Part shown: in pieces, positions 47,644 to 48,726 of the stretch | Layout: every line of letters begins with the position of its first letter | Position numbering within the stretch: the stretch's first letter is position 1 | Assembly (NCBI GenBank): GCA_002269645.1 | Contig: NIVC01002816.1 | Span: 1-48,726, forward strand | From: Macrostomum lignano | Lineage: Eukaryota | DNA length: 48,726 nucleotides | Reading direction: 5' to 3' | Position numbers and translations under genes: made by a program | The notes under the pieces: generated by a model | Databases searched by the model: none | Told to the model about the DNA's origin: nothing | The model's input: only the letters and a program-made list of their open reading frames with translations

Positions 47644-48024
47644 ATGTCCGTCAACCAGATTTTGTAAGTGCCAATTTCACTAATGCCATTTTGACAGCTT
47701 ATCTAGCACACAGATTGTCAGCCATAACACGGCTGTAAAAGCTAAACTAACGCTTTTCTCATCACCCACAGTGGTCTGAGTCTGCTCATGGCAATCGCCA
47801 TCGCCGGAGCAGTCGGCGGAGTCAACAAGCGCTCCTCGTTCTCAGCCGAGCAGCCGCAGCTCTACTGCTACGAGAAGCACCCAGAAGAGGCGCGGTGCAA
47901 CAAGTGCTGCGAGGAGAACTACAAGTTGTGCAAGAAGGAACTTGGCTGCGGGAAGAACGACTGGCGCTGCCAGAACCCCTGCTGGGAGTCTATGAAGTAC
48001 TGCGACTACCAGTGCAAGATCTGA
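47644..48024 (+). CDS. Secreted 10-Cys prepropeptide, 90 aa. Exons 47644-47663 and 47772-48024.
   Basis: Phase-2 GTAAGT...CACAG intron gives MSVNQIFGLSLLMAIAIAGAVGG-VNKR-SSFSAEQPQLYCYEKHPEEARCNKCCEENYKLCKKELGCGKNDWRCQNPCWESMKYCDYQCKI*. Exon 2 has strongly C/G-ending codons. Confidence 0.8.
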
Positions 48025-48559
48025 CTGGACTGACAACTGCAAAACTGGACTTTTTAATTTAGAAGCCAAGGGTGGAGCCTGAGAGACTTGAGACAGACTA
48101 ATCTGCAAAAATACTGATATACTACTTTTCTACAACTGAAACTAGCAAACAGAAAGGTACATCTTATCCTTCCCCCGCACAGCCACCCTAGTCCGCTATA
48201 GTTGATGTGGAAAACTGAGATAACCACCTTTGTTAGTCACCCCAGCGCCGAGCTGTGCGAATTCTGGCACAGCTGTCCCAAACCTGACAATTTAAAAGCG
48301 CAGCATCGCAATATTGAATAGAGTTCTCTGTTGTCTCTGGCTTAATTTTTTCAACGCATCAAAAACAAAACTGCAACATCTGCTGGAGCAGTGTACTGGA
48401 TAAAATCTACAAAAATGACCGTAGATCAATGGACAGTGTTTAAATCACAAAGTCCATTTCAGTTTGGGACAACATTTAGGCGAGTTTCGATATGAATGCA
48501 AATTACGCTCGTAAAAACCGTGTGACAAGCTCACTGTAGTTCTGTGAAAATTCCATGAA

Positions 48560-48695
48560 GGGGCTATAGCCTAGTGGTTAGAGCGTCTCTCGACCCACTC
48601 GGAACAATTTGTGTCCTTGAGTAAGACACTTAACTCTGCATTGCTTCAGTTCACCCAGCTGTAAAATGGGTACCAGAATTAGCTGGGTAATAGTA
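48560..48695 (+). mobile_element. SINE family A (CORE-like), internally deleted copy
   Basis: A-box TAGCCTAGTGGTTAGAGCG, B-box region missing, then GTGTCCTTGAGTAAGACACTTAACTCTGCATTGCTTCAGTTCACCCAGCTGTAAAATGGG. Confidence 0.75.
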
Positions 48696-48726
48696 CCTTA
48701 GGTACATTAATACCCATGCTTTAAGG

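Noticed and set aside
48560-48600. Functional tRNA gene (also heads at 8073 and 7890)
   Set aside because: A/B-box-like motifs lack a complete cloverleaf and continue into shared SINE bodies.

Overview
This is animal (metazoan) genomic DNA with GC-rich exons, AT-rich GT-AG introns, many intronic minisatellites, SINEs and MITEs. The style resembles a free-living flatworm such as Macrostomum, but that is an impression and was not verified. No rRNA, functional tRNA or CRISPR array was found. Gene models were built by hand from splice sites and reading phase. On the + strand: the 3' part of NOL6/Utp22, a Canopy (CNPY2-like) gene, a leishmanolysin-like peptidase (LMLN/invadolysin), a weak small orphan gene, a 4-exon orphan with a Gypsy relic in intron 1, an intronless coiled-coil plus NHL-like ORF split by one in-frame TGA, an OATP/SLCO transporter, a secreted single-domain SUEL lectin and a secreted 10-Cys prepropeptide. 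On the - strand: a secreted protein with an unusual architecture, agrin NtA + 2 TSP1 + 5 EGF. Three genes share the same one-base shortfall in a G run, most likely assembly error. The best novelty candidates are the NtA-TSP1-EGF protein, the KR-processed 10-Cys peptide next to a variant SUEL lectin, and the TGA-interrupted ORF.
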